Assembly (NCBI GenBank): GCA_951406725.2
Contig: OX597815.1
Coordinates: 53,196,001 to 53,260,000, forward strand
Source of the DNA: Octopus vulgaris
Lineage: Eukaryota
Direction: 5' to 3'
DNA length: 64,000 nt
Shown: in pieces, positions 28,197 through 42,361 of the stretch
How the letters are laid out: each line of letters begins with the position of its first letter
Position numbering within the stretch: position 1 is the stretch's first letter
Made by a program: the position numbers and the translations under genes
The notes under the pieces: model-generated
Seen by the model: the letters and a program-made list of their open reading frames with translations, nothing else
Database searches by the model: none
What the model was told of the DNA's origin: nothing

Positions 28197-29229
28197 GCAA
28201 TCGTGATAATCGCCTCTTTATTTAAAGTATATAACTTTGATAGTTATTTGTAACTGGTGGGGGTGGGTCATTTTTGATTTGCTGTATACTTTAGCATATC
28301 ACTTCTTCGTTTCTTTATATAACACTTACATTAATGAAGAAAATCTATAATCATTTTTCAAATATTATTTATTAACTTAGGTACAATGTTACACATACTG
28401 ATACACACACATACGCACACACACATATATGCACGACATGCTTCTTTTAGTTTCCGTCTGCCAAATCCACTGACAAGGATTTGATTGGCCCGAAGTTATA
28501 GTAGAAGGCACTTGCAAAAGTTTCCACGTAGTAACAGTGAACCTGGAACCATGTCATAATTCTTACCACACAGCCACGCTTGTGGCACACAAGTACACAT
28601 GTATGTGCACAACACACACGCGCATACCCCCCAAAACACGCACATGAATGTGTTTATGTTTGCCGGGAGGGAGGAGGGCGTTAGAAGGATTGCTTGACCA
28701 AGTTATAGAAAGAAAGCCATACGTTGCAGCTTTACAATATGCTTTACAATGTGCATCACTCATTTTCTACATTATATTGTTTCATCATCCTAGGGTTCAT
28801 ATTTTGGCGTGTAAGAACCTATTCAAATCTTGAAAAGACAACAACAAATTATTTCAGAACATGGCTCTTCTCGTGTGTCGAGACACCATTAGATCCATTC
28901 CTTAGCCAGTGTATTTTGCTTACTTGGAAAATATTTGCGAGAACAAAACCCTCAAAATATTTCTGTTCAAAAATTCTATGATAACTTCGCCTTACTCAAA
29001 TATCATTCTGAAGCGATATCTTAGCAATCTTTTCTTATGCTCTTTCATTATCTTTCAGTAAAGTTATATTGAAGATGAAATGTAAAAGTACATTAAACAA
29101 GAAAAATGAATTTAAGAGACATTCCGTAAGCTTTTTATAATTGATATCGCATAATTTTCGTAATAAATTAGTGTGATCTTGTATGGATATGTATATATGT
29201 CAGTGTATGTATGTGTATATATATATATA

Positions 29230-29260
<31 letters not shown>

Positions 29261-29426
29261 ATATATATATGTATGTGTATGTGTATGTGTATATATATAT
29301 ATTTATATGTATGTGTATGTATATATATATATATATATATATACACTCACAAACATATATATACGCATACATACATATATATATATACACACACATACAT
29401 ATCAATATATGTATATTATATTTATA

Positions 29427-29457
<31 letters not shown>

Positions 29458-29852
29458 GTCGGTATATCAGATTTCTGTCAATAAAGATTATTTTGAAAAT
29501 ATTTTGAAAATAGCTGAAGACACTGATACACTGTTTCTGCTTTTATCTTTTATATTTTCTTACTTTGATACACACACATATATTTACATAAATATAAACA
29601 CACACACACCTACACACATACACACAAACTCACATTCACATAGATATACACATACATACACACACACACACACGCGGATTCAAACAAAGATGCAAAACTA
29701 GACGTTTCTGTTCACAATATTTGCAGATAAACAAATATTACAACAAAGATATCTTGAGATTTTTGTGTGTTATTAAATTTTAATAGAATTTTCAAGATTG
29801 ATTTCTGTTACATTCCTAAAACACCCACATACTGCGTACGTACCTACCTACA

Positions 29853-29941
<89 letters not shown>

Positions 29942-29983
29942 CTATAACAATGATGATGATGATGATGATGATAATAACAACAA

Positions 29984-30078
<95 letters not shown>

Positions 30079-30292
30079 GTTTTATCTTCGATGTCAGTAT
30101 CTAAGCTGGACGCTGTTTCTTATTCGTATTATATGGAATACAGTTAGTTCACCTTCAACGTATCTAAACTTCAGGACCTCACTACACACTTCCGTATACG
30201 CACTCACTTTATTTTATTAAACTATTCAACTCATTGATAACATTATACTGAAATAAAATGACTCATTTTGCATCAATGTTTTCAAATACTAT

Positions 30293-30510
30293 TGCGGTGA
30301 GCTGGCAGAAACGTTAGCACACCGGGCGAAATGCTTAGCGGTATTTCGTCTGCCGTTACGTTCTGAGTTCAAATTCCGCCGAGGTCGACTTAACCTTTCA
30401 TTCTTTCGGGGTCGATAAATTAGCACAATTTGCGTACTGGTCGTACTAATCGTCTGGCCCCTCCTCCCTCCCCCCAAATTTCGGGCCTTGTGCCTTGAGT
30501 AGAAAAGAAT
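30293..30510 (+). mobile_element. tRNA-derived SINE
   Basis: gcggtgagctggcagaaacgttagc A-box head and gagttcaaattcc B-box. Confidence 0.9.
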
Positions 30511-30569
30511 ATTTTCAAATATTTTCCGCATATTTATACGTATTGTTTAGTTGTATATTTATATAATTG

Positions 30570-30909
30570 TCTGAGAGGCCCCCTTCGGTCACGACACAGA
30601 CCATGGGATTGCACCTAGAAAGTTACCCTCTCAGACACAAGTCCGAGCAAGGCTGTTTATGGAAGACCAGCAGTCGCCCATGCATACCAGCCTTCCCTCT
30701 CCACGCCACCAGTATTATCCAAGGGAAAGGCAAAGGCCGATACACCTTGGCACCTGTGACGTCGCAACTCATTTCTACAGCTGAGTTAACTGGAACAACG
30801 TGAAATAAAGTGTCTTGCTCAAGAACACAACACGCAGCCCGGTCCGGGATTCGAGCTCACAACCTCACGATCGTAAGCTCGACGCTCTAACCACTGAGAC
30901 ATGCGCCTT
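30570..30909 (-). mobile_element. Full-length tRNA-derived SINE, third family
   Basis: Minus-strand head aaggcgcatgtctcagtggttagagcg...gagctcgaatcccggaccggg; fragments of the same family at 12520-12650 and 12960-13110. Confidence 0.85.
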
Positions 30910-31067
30910 GTCTATATATATATATATATATGTAAACAGTAAAAATAATTACAGACATGGACAAGAACATGAAACACCACAGAGACGACACAAGAACCAC
31001 AGGACGGGACATTCGAAGCCCTCAGTCATCAGTCAAGAACCAGATCATCTTAGCAATTTCGGCTGAT

Positions 31068-31164
<97 letters not shown>

Positions 31165-31260
31165 GGGAAGCTTTATGAAAATAGACAAAAGACGAAGGCA
31201 GGTGGAAAACAAACAAACAATTGTATTAGTATGGCGCTCAGGAAATATAAATAAAACAAG

Positions 31261-31298
31261 TCTTTAACGTTTCGAGCCTACGCTCTTCAACAGAAAGA
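31261..31298 (-). ncRNA. Minimal hammerhead-like variant within a ~150-bp repeat (31165-31320)
   Basis: ucuuu-CUGUUGA-A-GAGC-guag-GCUC-GAAAC-GUU-aaaga. Confidence 0.6.
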
Positions 31299-31320
31299 TA
31301 CACAGAGAGAAAAAAACACA

Positions 31321-31377
<57 letters not shown>

Positions 31378-31604
31378 CATACATACATATGTATATATAC
31401 GTATGTATGTATATATACATTCATACATATGTATCTATATGTATATATATACACAGATATCACGTATGTGTTTATATACATATCTACATAGATACATTTA
31501 TCTATATATATATTTATACATACCTACCTATATATATATATTCACATATATATATATATATACATATATACATACATACATAGACATCTGTTTGTATATA
31601 TATA

Positions 31605-31638
<34 letters not shown>

Positions 31639-32255
31639 TTTTTGTATTTATAGGAGTACACATATGTACCTTTATAAAGAAAAGTTAGAGTTATAACAAG
31701 GAGGATAACAAACTAGAGTAGTTATAATGCTATTTTACATACCTATTTGAATTTACACAAACAGGAACTCTGATTTCTATATAAGCATATGTGTACATAC
31801 ATACGTACATACATACATACATACATACATACATACATACTCACATACATACATACATACATACATACTCACATACATACATACATAATACATACATACG
31901 TACATACATACATACATACATACATACATACATACATACATACATACTCACACTCACACACTCACACACGCAAATACACATCTATATTTATTTGTACACC
32001 TATTTTGGTAATGTTTCTTATATTTCGATTGAGACTATAAAAAATATTTTCATTGCAATTCATCTTTTTTTGTTAAAACACTTGTTTATTCTCCTAATGC
32101 CTATTCGCTCTCTCTCTAATGCGCGCACACGGCCACACACACACACACATATATGTATATATATATACGTATATATGCATATATAAAAATATATATGTAT
32201 ATGCAGATATATATATATACATACATACATGCATACATACATACATACATACATC

Positions 32256-32289
<34 letters not shown>

Positions 32290-32588
32290 CGCCACTCAGA
32301 CTTGCGCACACACAATCATTTACAATCTCACACATATAATACACCTATATGGCTTTAAATTGTTTTTTCTTTTTGCTTAAAAATATTTCTCATAATCACT
32401 AGGAATCTTTATTAATTTACTTATTTGTTTATCCATTTATTTTGTTTATTCGTCTTTCATCAATATTTGAAAATAATGTTACTTGTCCTTAAAAATAATA
32501 CTTCTCTCTTAAGCACACAAAAGTAAGTCACATATGCATATATACATGTGTTTCTATATAAATATATCTATATCTGTCTCTCTGTCTC

Positions 32589-32711
<123 letters not shown>

Positions 32712-34317
32712 GTATATATATGCATATATATATATACATGTACATCATATACACATTTTTGTATCTGAGTCGCTTTCTTTGTATCTGTCTATTTTATCAA
32801 TTGTCACTAACTTACTAAATAATCGGTCAGCGCAGTTCATAGATAAACGTTTTCAAGAACAGCAGACGAATATAAAGAGGAGATACTGTCGAAGAAAGAA
32901 TAACAATAGCAACAACAACGACAACAACAGCAATAATGAAACGAATATGATTATAGTGATGCTCATGATGATAGTGATGATGATGATGATGATGATGATT
33001 TCTAACTTAGGCTATGATAATAACAATAACAAAACTGCATTTGTGTTTTTGCATTTAAAAAATGTCAGGAAAATTTGTATTAAAATATTCAATAACTGCA
33101 TTATTTATTAAGCTCTGATTGTTAAGAGAAAGAGAAAGAAAAAATTCACTTGTATGTTGAATAAAAATTGAAGAACTGAACAAAAGGAAAACACACACAT
33201 ATACGCATGCATACATACATACATACATACACATATGTTGAATAAAAATTGTAGAACTGAACAAAAGGTAAACACATACCTATACGCATACATACATACA
33301 TACATACATACATACATACAAACATACATACATACATACATACATACATACATACATACATACATACATACATACATACATACATACATACATACATACA
33401 TACATACGTACGTACGTATGTATGTATACTGCTAACGATATTGTTGTTTTGGATACATGTGATGATCGTTGTAGTGACGGTAGTACCAAGCTGTTAAGAA
33501 GTTTTTATTTTGAGTAAAGAAAATATAAAGCAAAACGAAAGGCAAAGAAGAAAAGGAGAAAGATAGCCAGGTAGGTTAGTAGGTAGGTAAGTAGGTTGGT
33601 AGGTAGGTAGGTAGGTAGGTAGGTAGGTATGTATGTATGTATGTATGTAGGTAGGTAGGTAGGTAGGTAGGTAGGTAGGTAGGTAGGTAGGTAGGTAGGT
33701 AGGTAGGTAGGTAGGTAGGTAGGTAGGTAGGTAGGGTTTACATTGATTAAGTGAGGGAGAAGTCAGAGCTATTGTAGAGATGGATTGCAGAGGTATGGTA
33801 TACCTATGTAGAGATATTGTAGCATTTCCTTAAACATAACAGCGATTATTATAGCGATGCATTCGATATATACATTAGATATACATATATTACAGTGCTT
33901 CTTCATGCGTAGCAATGATTATGTAGAGCTGGTTTGGATAGATAAATTATGTGTGGAGATATTACACAGTTCTCATATACGTAACTATTGAATATTTTAC
34001 TGCAAACTGATAGATATACCGAATAAATATTGTAGAAATGCTTTGTATAGATAAATTATATGTAGAGATATTGTGCAGGTGGTTTGAACATACTTTGTTG
34101 TTTATAGGCGCAAGCATGACTTGTGTGGTTCATAAGCACGTTTTGTAACCATGTGATTTTGGGTTCAGTCCCACGGTGCAGTACCTTAAGCAAGTAAGTG
34201 TATTCTATGTTAGCCTCGGGCTGATCAGCAGCATATGAATTTGGTAGACGGAAACACACACACACACACGACGTAATAAGAGACTATGTAAAAGACACGG
34301 GAATAAAAAAATTATGA

Positions 34318-34398
34318 AGTTACGACGAAGCTATAAGGTAATACACGAGCACTCAACTATGATTGCATTGCATCTTATAGCAGAAACAACGGTAAGCT
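34318..34398 (+). ncRNA. Degenerate hammerhead-like motif
   Basis: aguu-ACGACGA-a-gcuauaag...cuuauagc-a-GAAAC-aacg-GUA-agcu, inside a 12-bp inverted repeat (34272-34283 / 34441-34452). Confidence 0.5.
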
Positions 34399-34598
34399 AA
34401 TGAAGTTCCTTTCATCATGTCCTGCTCCCTTATCGTATAATCTCTTATTACGCACTGTGCTCGACTGACGTTTTTCTCTGAAGCATACGTATATTGAGTT
34501 CTAACACCAGGTTATTAATATCGCTTTACTGAAGCGAACTGAAGCGAAATGATGTGTGTGTTCGAGTGCGTGCGTGCGTGTGTGAGTATGTATGTGTA

Positions 34599-34646
<48 letters not shown>

Positions 34647-36406
34647 TGTGAATTTTGGTGTGTGTGCGCCTTTGTGTCTACATTAGCCCACAACACTGCT
34701 GAACAATCGGCGTTGGTTGATAAACATAGCAGTCCGGCAAAAATGACCGAGAGAAAAATTACCAGACTTTGTGAAAAATAAATAGTGGGACTGACTGCAG
34801 TCCTGTTGGCGCACTTCAAGGCGGTGCTCCTGCAGGGCTGCAGTCTAATGACTGAAACAAGTAAAAGATATGACAACAGATATAAATTACATAATTTATG
34901 CAGACATTTCTTTTTGAGATAAATTATTTGTAGAGGTGTCGCCCTGTTTGCATAGAAAGAGCAACGATCTTGTAGAGCAACGATCTTGTACAGTTAAATT
35001 GTACGACTAAATATTGGAGAATTTCCCTCGAGGTGATATTGTAGAGATGGTGCGCCCAGACAAATTAAATATAAACGCATTGCTGAGTTTGCATATACAT
35101 AGCAACGATAAGCAAATTACGTTAAAGTGGTTTAAATAGATAAATTACAACTCAAAGGTGTTTGAACAGCTAAATTTCGTGTAGAAATATTGTAGAGGTT
35201 TTAATTAAATTATATTTTGCGATATTGCATAAAGCAATTCAGGCTTAATTATGTGTAGCAACGTTGCTGTAGAGATAGTTTCAACTGATAGATTATATGT
35301 CGAGATAGTGTAGACATAAATAACTAATAAACTAAAAGACAAATTAATCATTGTAAATAGTTTTTCTAAGTGATAGAACTAGAATTAAACAAAGCCTACT
35401 CAGGAACCTGTAAGTGATCACTGAAGGTGCAAGAAGTAGCAGCCAAATCTCCTACAATTACATCTTACTGCTTTAAAGAACGGAGATAGCACGTTGAAAG
35501 AGGGAATATTTAATACATCTAATAGGATGAGATGACAACGATTGGAATGCCTCCAACAGCTGTATGATGAACCTGAACGTTTATATAATTACTCAGATGC
35601 AAGAAATAACAGCTAAATCTCCTTTAAATTGCACCTTAACTTCTAAAAGGAATAACGTACTAGAACACAATGGAAAGTGTGATCTTGGATACATCAATAC
35701 TTCAAAGAAAAAAAATCAGATTTAGTGGTTGTGGTTGAAATGTCATTAATCATTGGTCCTGCACAGTACATTGAATGAACATGCAGAGCTCTCGCTTTGC
35801 TTCGTTGTGAGTTTAATATCTTAACCTGTAAGTTTGGTGGTAAATAAATTTAAGCTGACATGCATGTGAAAACGAAGGAGACGCGGATAAAATGAAATTA
35901 AACAGAGTGGAAGGCGGGGCATCGAAAATGTGCACATAGCAGAGTGAGTAGTTATGATAGAAAAAAGACGCTGTTCTTTAATTTGCATTTGGTTTATTTC
36001 TACTTGAGACATATCTTTTATAGTACTTCTGGAAACGTTTGTGTGTATGTATATTCACATGTATTTGTGCATGTGTATGGATATGAAAATGATGGTTATT
36101 ATTTGTATTTCACTTGAGATACACCTCCTAGAATATATGGGTATAGTTAAAAAAAAAAAACTCTGTTGCTTCGTTACATATTAATAAAAATATAGAGATT
36201 CTTATATTTTGAGCTCTATTTGCCATATTTGTATCACCAAACCTACACACACGCACACACATATATATGTGCGCACGCGCGTGTATGTTTGTATATATGC
36301 ATATATACATATATATATTTATATATATATATATAGAGAGAGAGATACATATATATGTGTGTGTGTGTGTTCGTTGTATGTATGTGAGTTTATACAAATA
36401 TATGTC

Positions 36407-36459
<53 letters not shown>

Positions 36460-36628
36460 GTATGTATATATATATGTATATATATATGTGTGTGTGTGTG
36501 TGTACATATGCATGTATGTATTTATGTATGTATGTATGTATGTCTGTGCATACATATATACATGTGTGTCCTTGCCTGTATGTGTATTTATCAAGATGTG
36601 TTTATGTATATTCATGGACATCAGAAAG

Positions 36629-36671
<43 letters not shown>

Positions 36672-37175
36672 GAGTGAAAGTGAGTGAGAGATAAAGAGAA
36701 TGACGAGTTTTTTTTTTCAACGATGAGGTGTGCAAGCCTCGTGACTGCCGTCAGATGCCACTGCATGTCATCAAATCTTATTATCAATGGCGCAAGTAAT
36801 TTCCGACAGGAACAGGGACGGTGAACGATTAATAAACTCAACTAGCCACATCAGTTAGTGGGTGTTAAAGAAGGAGAAGAAAAATAACAAAAACACACAC
36901 ACACACACGCACATCAACAAATAGAAAAAAAAAACGGAGAGAAGAAAAGAAGTAAACACACAAATATAGAAGAGAAAAGAGATATTTTGTTACTGCCGGC
37001 GGCTTAAGATCCTATCTAAAATGCTATCTTCCACCCCTGCACCACCAAGCAACACAGAATATCAATAGACCGAGGTAAAAAGTTTGTGTTTTCTACACAT
37101 CCCACTTGTCCGACTTAATTTCCGTCACCTACCTAGTTTCTTTCCTTTTTCTTTTATTCCTTCGTTTATTTAATA

Positions 37176-37245
<70 letters not shown>

Positions 37246-37269
37246 TAGTTATATATATAACAACAGTTA

Positions 37270-37339
<70 letters not shown>

Positions 37340-38237
37340 GGTGACTTAATAAATATAACTGGCATTTCAAACATGACAATTGTTCGCACTTGTTGTTGAC
37401 AATGGCTATAATGATGATGATGATGATGATGATGCAGATCATGACGATGATGATTACGATGAGTCATATCATACTTAACGTTTATGTATTCAAACCTCTG
37501 TTCACTTCCAGTACACATTTTACTGTAGATTTTAACCTGTAGTAATTCATACTGTGCATGTGCCACATTAATCCCACCACTCCAGGAGAACCACCCTAGA
37601 TCTTACGTTGAGATTTTCTCCTCTGATACATTTATAAAAACATTAATAACGTTTTACGTCTTTGGGATTGGAAGCAAATTGCTCCTGAAATGTAAGCTCA
37701 AATCTGATATGTAATGTGATACTAACATCTTGAGATGTGGTGCTTTGTCTTAAAAACTGCAAGAGTGAAAATGCGACTCTTTTAAGACACATTGAATGTT
37801 GTCAACGAACGTATCACTTTGATGACCCCTCGGGACTTTCCTATTGTCAGTCCTATGAGAATATGTGATATCGTTTGAAGAATATCATCAGAACCAACAT
37901 TTTAGTGTTAATGGATTAAATTTCCTGTTGATTAAAAATTCAATAGTTATTTCTTTTTCGTTTTTCTTTCTTTCTGTATTCATTTTTGCACAAATGGCTG
38001 TTAAACAGGGTCAACTCTACAAAGTTCAGGGACCATTTGAAACATTTTTGCTAGATCCTCTGGTGATAACTGCGGTTTGCAAATTGGAAAGCAAGAACAG
38101 AAATGTAAACAATCAAAAGAGTCTAACCTGAATTGAATTTCTTTTATCTCGTTCTATTATGTCAAATATAAACTCGTCTGTTTAAAAAATATTTAGTGGC
38201 AGCAGAGGCATTATTAATACCTAAAGGTAATATCTCT

Positions 38238-38587
38238 CCTCACTTAAACGTGGATGCTCTGTAAGAACAAACTATACTGCGGTAGTTACCCCAAGAGAAA
38301 CTCTCATATTGGCTTTTTGTGCAAACTGCACTCTTCATTTATATCACTAGTGGGGAGATAAATGTCCACCATCTCCAGCACCAAGACCACCAAATCACGT
38401 GATTTTGACCTTCTTTGGTCTTGTCAGTGATGAATGCTCGACCGCTATAGATAGCAGCGATTCCTCTCCCGCCCGCTAGTGATATAAGCAAATGTACATT
38501 TGCACCATAAGCCAATATGAGAGTTTCTCACATGGTATAAATACTGCACTATAGATTGTTGTAACTGAACATCCATGTTTAAGTAGG
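38238..38587. mobile_element. ~350-bp rod-like fold-back element with a hammerhead relic at its apex
   Basis: Nested arms acttaaacgtggatg/catccatgtttaagt, gagaaactctcatattggctt/aagccaatatgagagtttctc, ttatatcactag/ctagtgatataa. Confidence 0.85.
38388..38432 (-). ncRNA. Type I hammerhead relic (G8A, G12A)
   Basis: cauca-CUGACAA-GACC-aaagaa-GGUC-AAAA-ucacguga-UU-uggug. Confidence 0.7.
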
Positions 38588-38819
38588 GGTAAATTTTAGC
38601 TCGTCTGAATCGAAGTTGGTTGACAGATTTATAAGAATTCTCAATTCTTATAAATCGATACAGATAAGTTTAGTGCACTCTATAAAAATGAAGAAACTCA
38701 TGTATTTTCTGCTGTATATTTTCTTGTGCTTAGTGACTATTTGATCAATAAATGTAGACCGGTAGAGATTGGGAATTTATGGCGTTAACGTCTCAAGGAT
38801 GTCATATATCTTTTACCTT

Positions 38820-39180
38820 TTTAATCTTTTGTTTCAGTCATTGGACAGCGGCCATGCTGGGGTACCGTCTTAAGTTGTACTTCTTTTTCAAATCTGAAAC
38901 TTATTCTATTCGTCTCTTTTGGAGAAACGCAAGACTACAGGGATGTAAACAAAACAATACTGGTTGTCAAATGGTGTTGGTAGTGGGGATAAACGCAAAT
39001 ACACTGAAACACACACACATGCGCGCACACACACACATACGAGGCGCTTCTACACAATTTCTGTTAATCAAATTTATTCAAAAAGCATTGGTCTGTCCGG
39101 ATCTAAAGTAGAAGACAATAGCCCAAGGTGCTGCGAACTAGAACTGAACTCGAAATGATGTGGTTGCAAATAGAGCGTCC
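38820..39180 (-). mobile_element. Diverged SINE
   Basis: Colinear with the 14470 and 26845 copies. Confidence 0.75.
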
Positions 39181-39608
39181 AAATCATTGATAGTTTTAGC
39201 TGATAGTTTTTATATTTCATATTGCGCGAAAATTTCTCCGAAGAACTAGCTCGTTGTCTTCATACTATTTTATAGGTTAAATATATCATTACCAATTTAT
39301 ATCATGGCTATATTAAAATGGCTATATCAAAATGTGTTATTTGGTGAACAACAAGTTTTAACTACCAATCAAAAGAAATATATGATTAAGATATAACATG
39401 TAAACTGAAGAAATAAACCTTTCAAAAAATAAGTATAAAACTTAACATATATTGAATATGTGAAATATTATGAATGTTTAGTTAAACTTCTTTTTGTTCT
39501 AATTTTAAATTCCGCAGGGATCGAGTTTTCCCTTCGTCCTACTTTCAAATAAGTGCCAATAAATAGTAGTTGTTGACTGTGTGACTTCTAATATTGAAAA
39601 ACCTATCC

Positions 39609-39668
<60 letters not shown>

Positions 39669-40445
39669 TTATATTGATAGATTAATCAAAAGAAAAGTTA
39701 ATTGCATGTGTATGCTATCTGCCATGATTTTATAGATTTGAATGAAGATGATATGAGGAAAGAGCTGTCAGCTGCACCAAACCAGATACTGCACAGTGTC
39801 TAGTCTCTACTAGTTTCTATTATAATTTTTTTTTTTTTAATCCAGGACATTCTCATGACCATTGCCAACAACATCGACAACAACAAAATGACAAGAACAG
39901 CATCAACACCAATAAAAGAACAACCAAATGGTTGCTAAACATATATTATAACCCGGTCAGTGAGCCATGGATGAGGACAGAAACGTAAATCAGAATGTGT
40001 GCTTCATCCAGATACGACGAATGATCCTGTTTAATATTTATCAAGTTAAAATTGCATCAAAAGCACACTTGTGTTCCATGTCAGTGATAATTCCTATTTA
40101 ATCTAGATTATCGACACACTGCGCTCTAATGGAATTAACCAGTCTGTTGGTTTTGTTACCATCAGTGAAATATCGAATTTACTGCCTACTTGCAACTGAT
40201 ACAGTAGATAAGTGTGAACACTGAATGAGAATGAAAAACAAAAATAAATGTAAAAATAAATTGATAAATCAATATCAATATATTTGACGTGGTTGTATGG
40301 GGCAGAGACTTCCATGTACGATAAAACCTTTTCTACTCTCAACACGAATTATTACTCATTGTAATAATATCCATGTATATATGAATTCCCTCCCTAACTA
40401 CAAAACCATTGTTTTAATTTATGTGTGGATATGATATATGATATA

Positions 40446-40574
<129 letters not shown>

Positions 40575-40653
40575 CACGCACACATGTATACTCATCATGT
40601 TAAACCGTTAATACTTTTCTCTCTCTCTCTCTCATTTTTTCTCTCTCTCATCC

Positions 40654-40689
40654 CTTTCTGTCGAAGAGTGCAGGCTCGAAGCGTCAAAG
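40654..40689 (+). ncRNA. Minimal hammerhead-like variant, same family as 31261
   Basis: cuuu-CUGUCGA-A-GAGU-gcag-GCUC-GAAGC-GUC-aaag; flanks to ~40780 align with the reverse complement of 31165-31260. Confidence 0.55.
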
Positions 40690-40781
40690 ACTTTTCCATT
40701 CTTTCCGAGCGTCAATCTAATACACTGCTTGTTGTTCCCGCACCTGTCTTTCTCTTTTATGTTCTGTACATTTGAACCACG

Positions 40782-40817
<36 letters not shown>

Positions 40818-42361
40818 ACACACACACACACACACTGACAGATAGATAGAAAAAATAAATAGATAGATAAATAAATAGATAGATAATAGGTAGAGATTAA
40901 AGGTATAAACAACTGGTATAAGGTCTTTGTAACATTTATATATTTGAACATGAGGGTAGAATTATTACAGGAGTATAGATCACAAGAGTTTGATAAATGA
41001 TCAGCTGGGGAATGTTCATAAGGGTTAAGATATATGCTACAGTCATACAGTAAGTTCGAATTCTTGCTACTAGGTAAAGATCGTCATCGTAGACAGAATC
41101 CAAAGATGGATGAGAAGAAAGGAGGAAGGAAGAACGTGTGCGAATAGTCTCTTACAGCTGTTTCAAGAACAGATGCGCAGGTGGTACATTCCCTGCAAAC
41201 GATTGGCAGCCAATGTTTAAGCTGCGATCTATTCCATCGGACGATGGAATAGATCGCAACTATTTGCATAATGCACATTATAGCATCAATCAGACACTGA
41301 ACCTTTCCAACGGCTGCCATGATTTTATGAAGGTCTAACATTTTCCTTCTCAGTCATATTTATGCAACATCTTGATTTGATATTCTATATAACAACTTAT
41401 TCATCTATTATCTTTTTGTTTCATATATAAATGGTTATTGATATATATATATATATATATATAAATTGAGAGAGAGAGAGGGGATAAGAGAATGAGAGAG
41501 AGTGAGGGGAAGAAAGAGAGAGGGCAGACTGTGCATGTGCGTGTATGTATTTTTTACGGGCTTTACTGCACAATACCCGAGGAAAATAATGACAGCAATG
41601 TGTATTGAATAATGGAAACATAAGTGTTGCATTGTTTCACTTTGTGAAAATTTGAAATGCTGTTGCTTCAATTGTTTAAGGATGAAAATGTAATTAGAAA
41701 TATATTTATACACTAATATATACGTAACTGGTTATTATATATATTGAAAACATTCAAAAGCGTTTCGAAACAACGGTAAAAAAGAAAAGAGAATATGTTT
41801 CTATGAAATCTGCAATGTTACTTTAATTTTGTAATTTAATTTTGTAAAGATGAGAATGTCAGTTTATATGCATCATACATTTGTATATTTACATTTGTGT
41901 ACTCGTTCCTTAGCTGAATTGAAAGCATCGTGGAAAAGTGAAAGAGTACAGTACTAACACTACTTTCACATTTCACTGCTTTCAATATAAAAGAAATGAA
42001 ACAGTATGATTGAGAAACAAAGTTAGTAATTTAGGGGAACTGGTAATTCAATTGAAAGTCGCCTCTAGTACGTGATTGGTACTTTATTGTATCAACCCTG
42101 AAAGTCCGACAAGTAGATTTGACTCCGTGGGATTTGAACACAGAAGGCAAAGAAATTGTTATAATAATAATTTCTAAAATAGGCACTAGGCCTACCATGT
42201 TCATCAATATACATACATACACACGGACGCGCGCGCGCAGACATACATATACACAGACATATCATGTGTGTTTCTGTGTACATATATGTTGGTATGTGTA
42301 TATGTGTGCGTGTGTGAGGAGTATGTATATCTATATATATATATAAACATACATACATACA

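Noticed and set aside
30835-30909. tRNA gene candidates (also 4000-4083 and 19400-19460)
   Set aside because: A/B boxes run into SINE bodies; no complete cloverleaf.
30995-31040. CUGAUGA...GAAUGUC on the minus strand
   Set aside because: Stems I and II do not pair and GAAA is incomplete.
33153-33276. Two ~43-bp direct repeats resembling a CRISPR repeat-spacer unit (also 17-mer x3 at ~43206-43263)
   Set aside because: Eukaryotic context, too few units, microsatellite spacer; ordinary local duplications.
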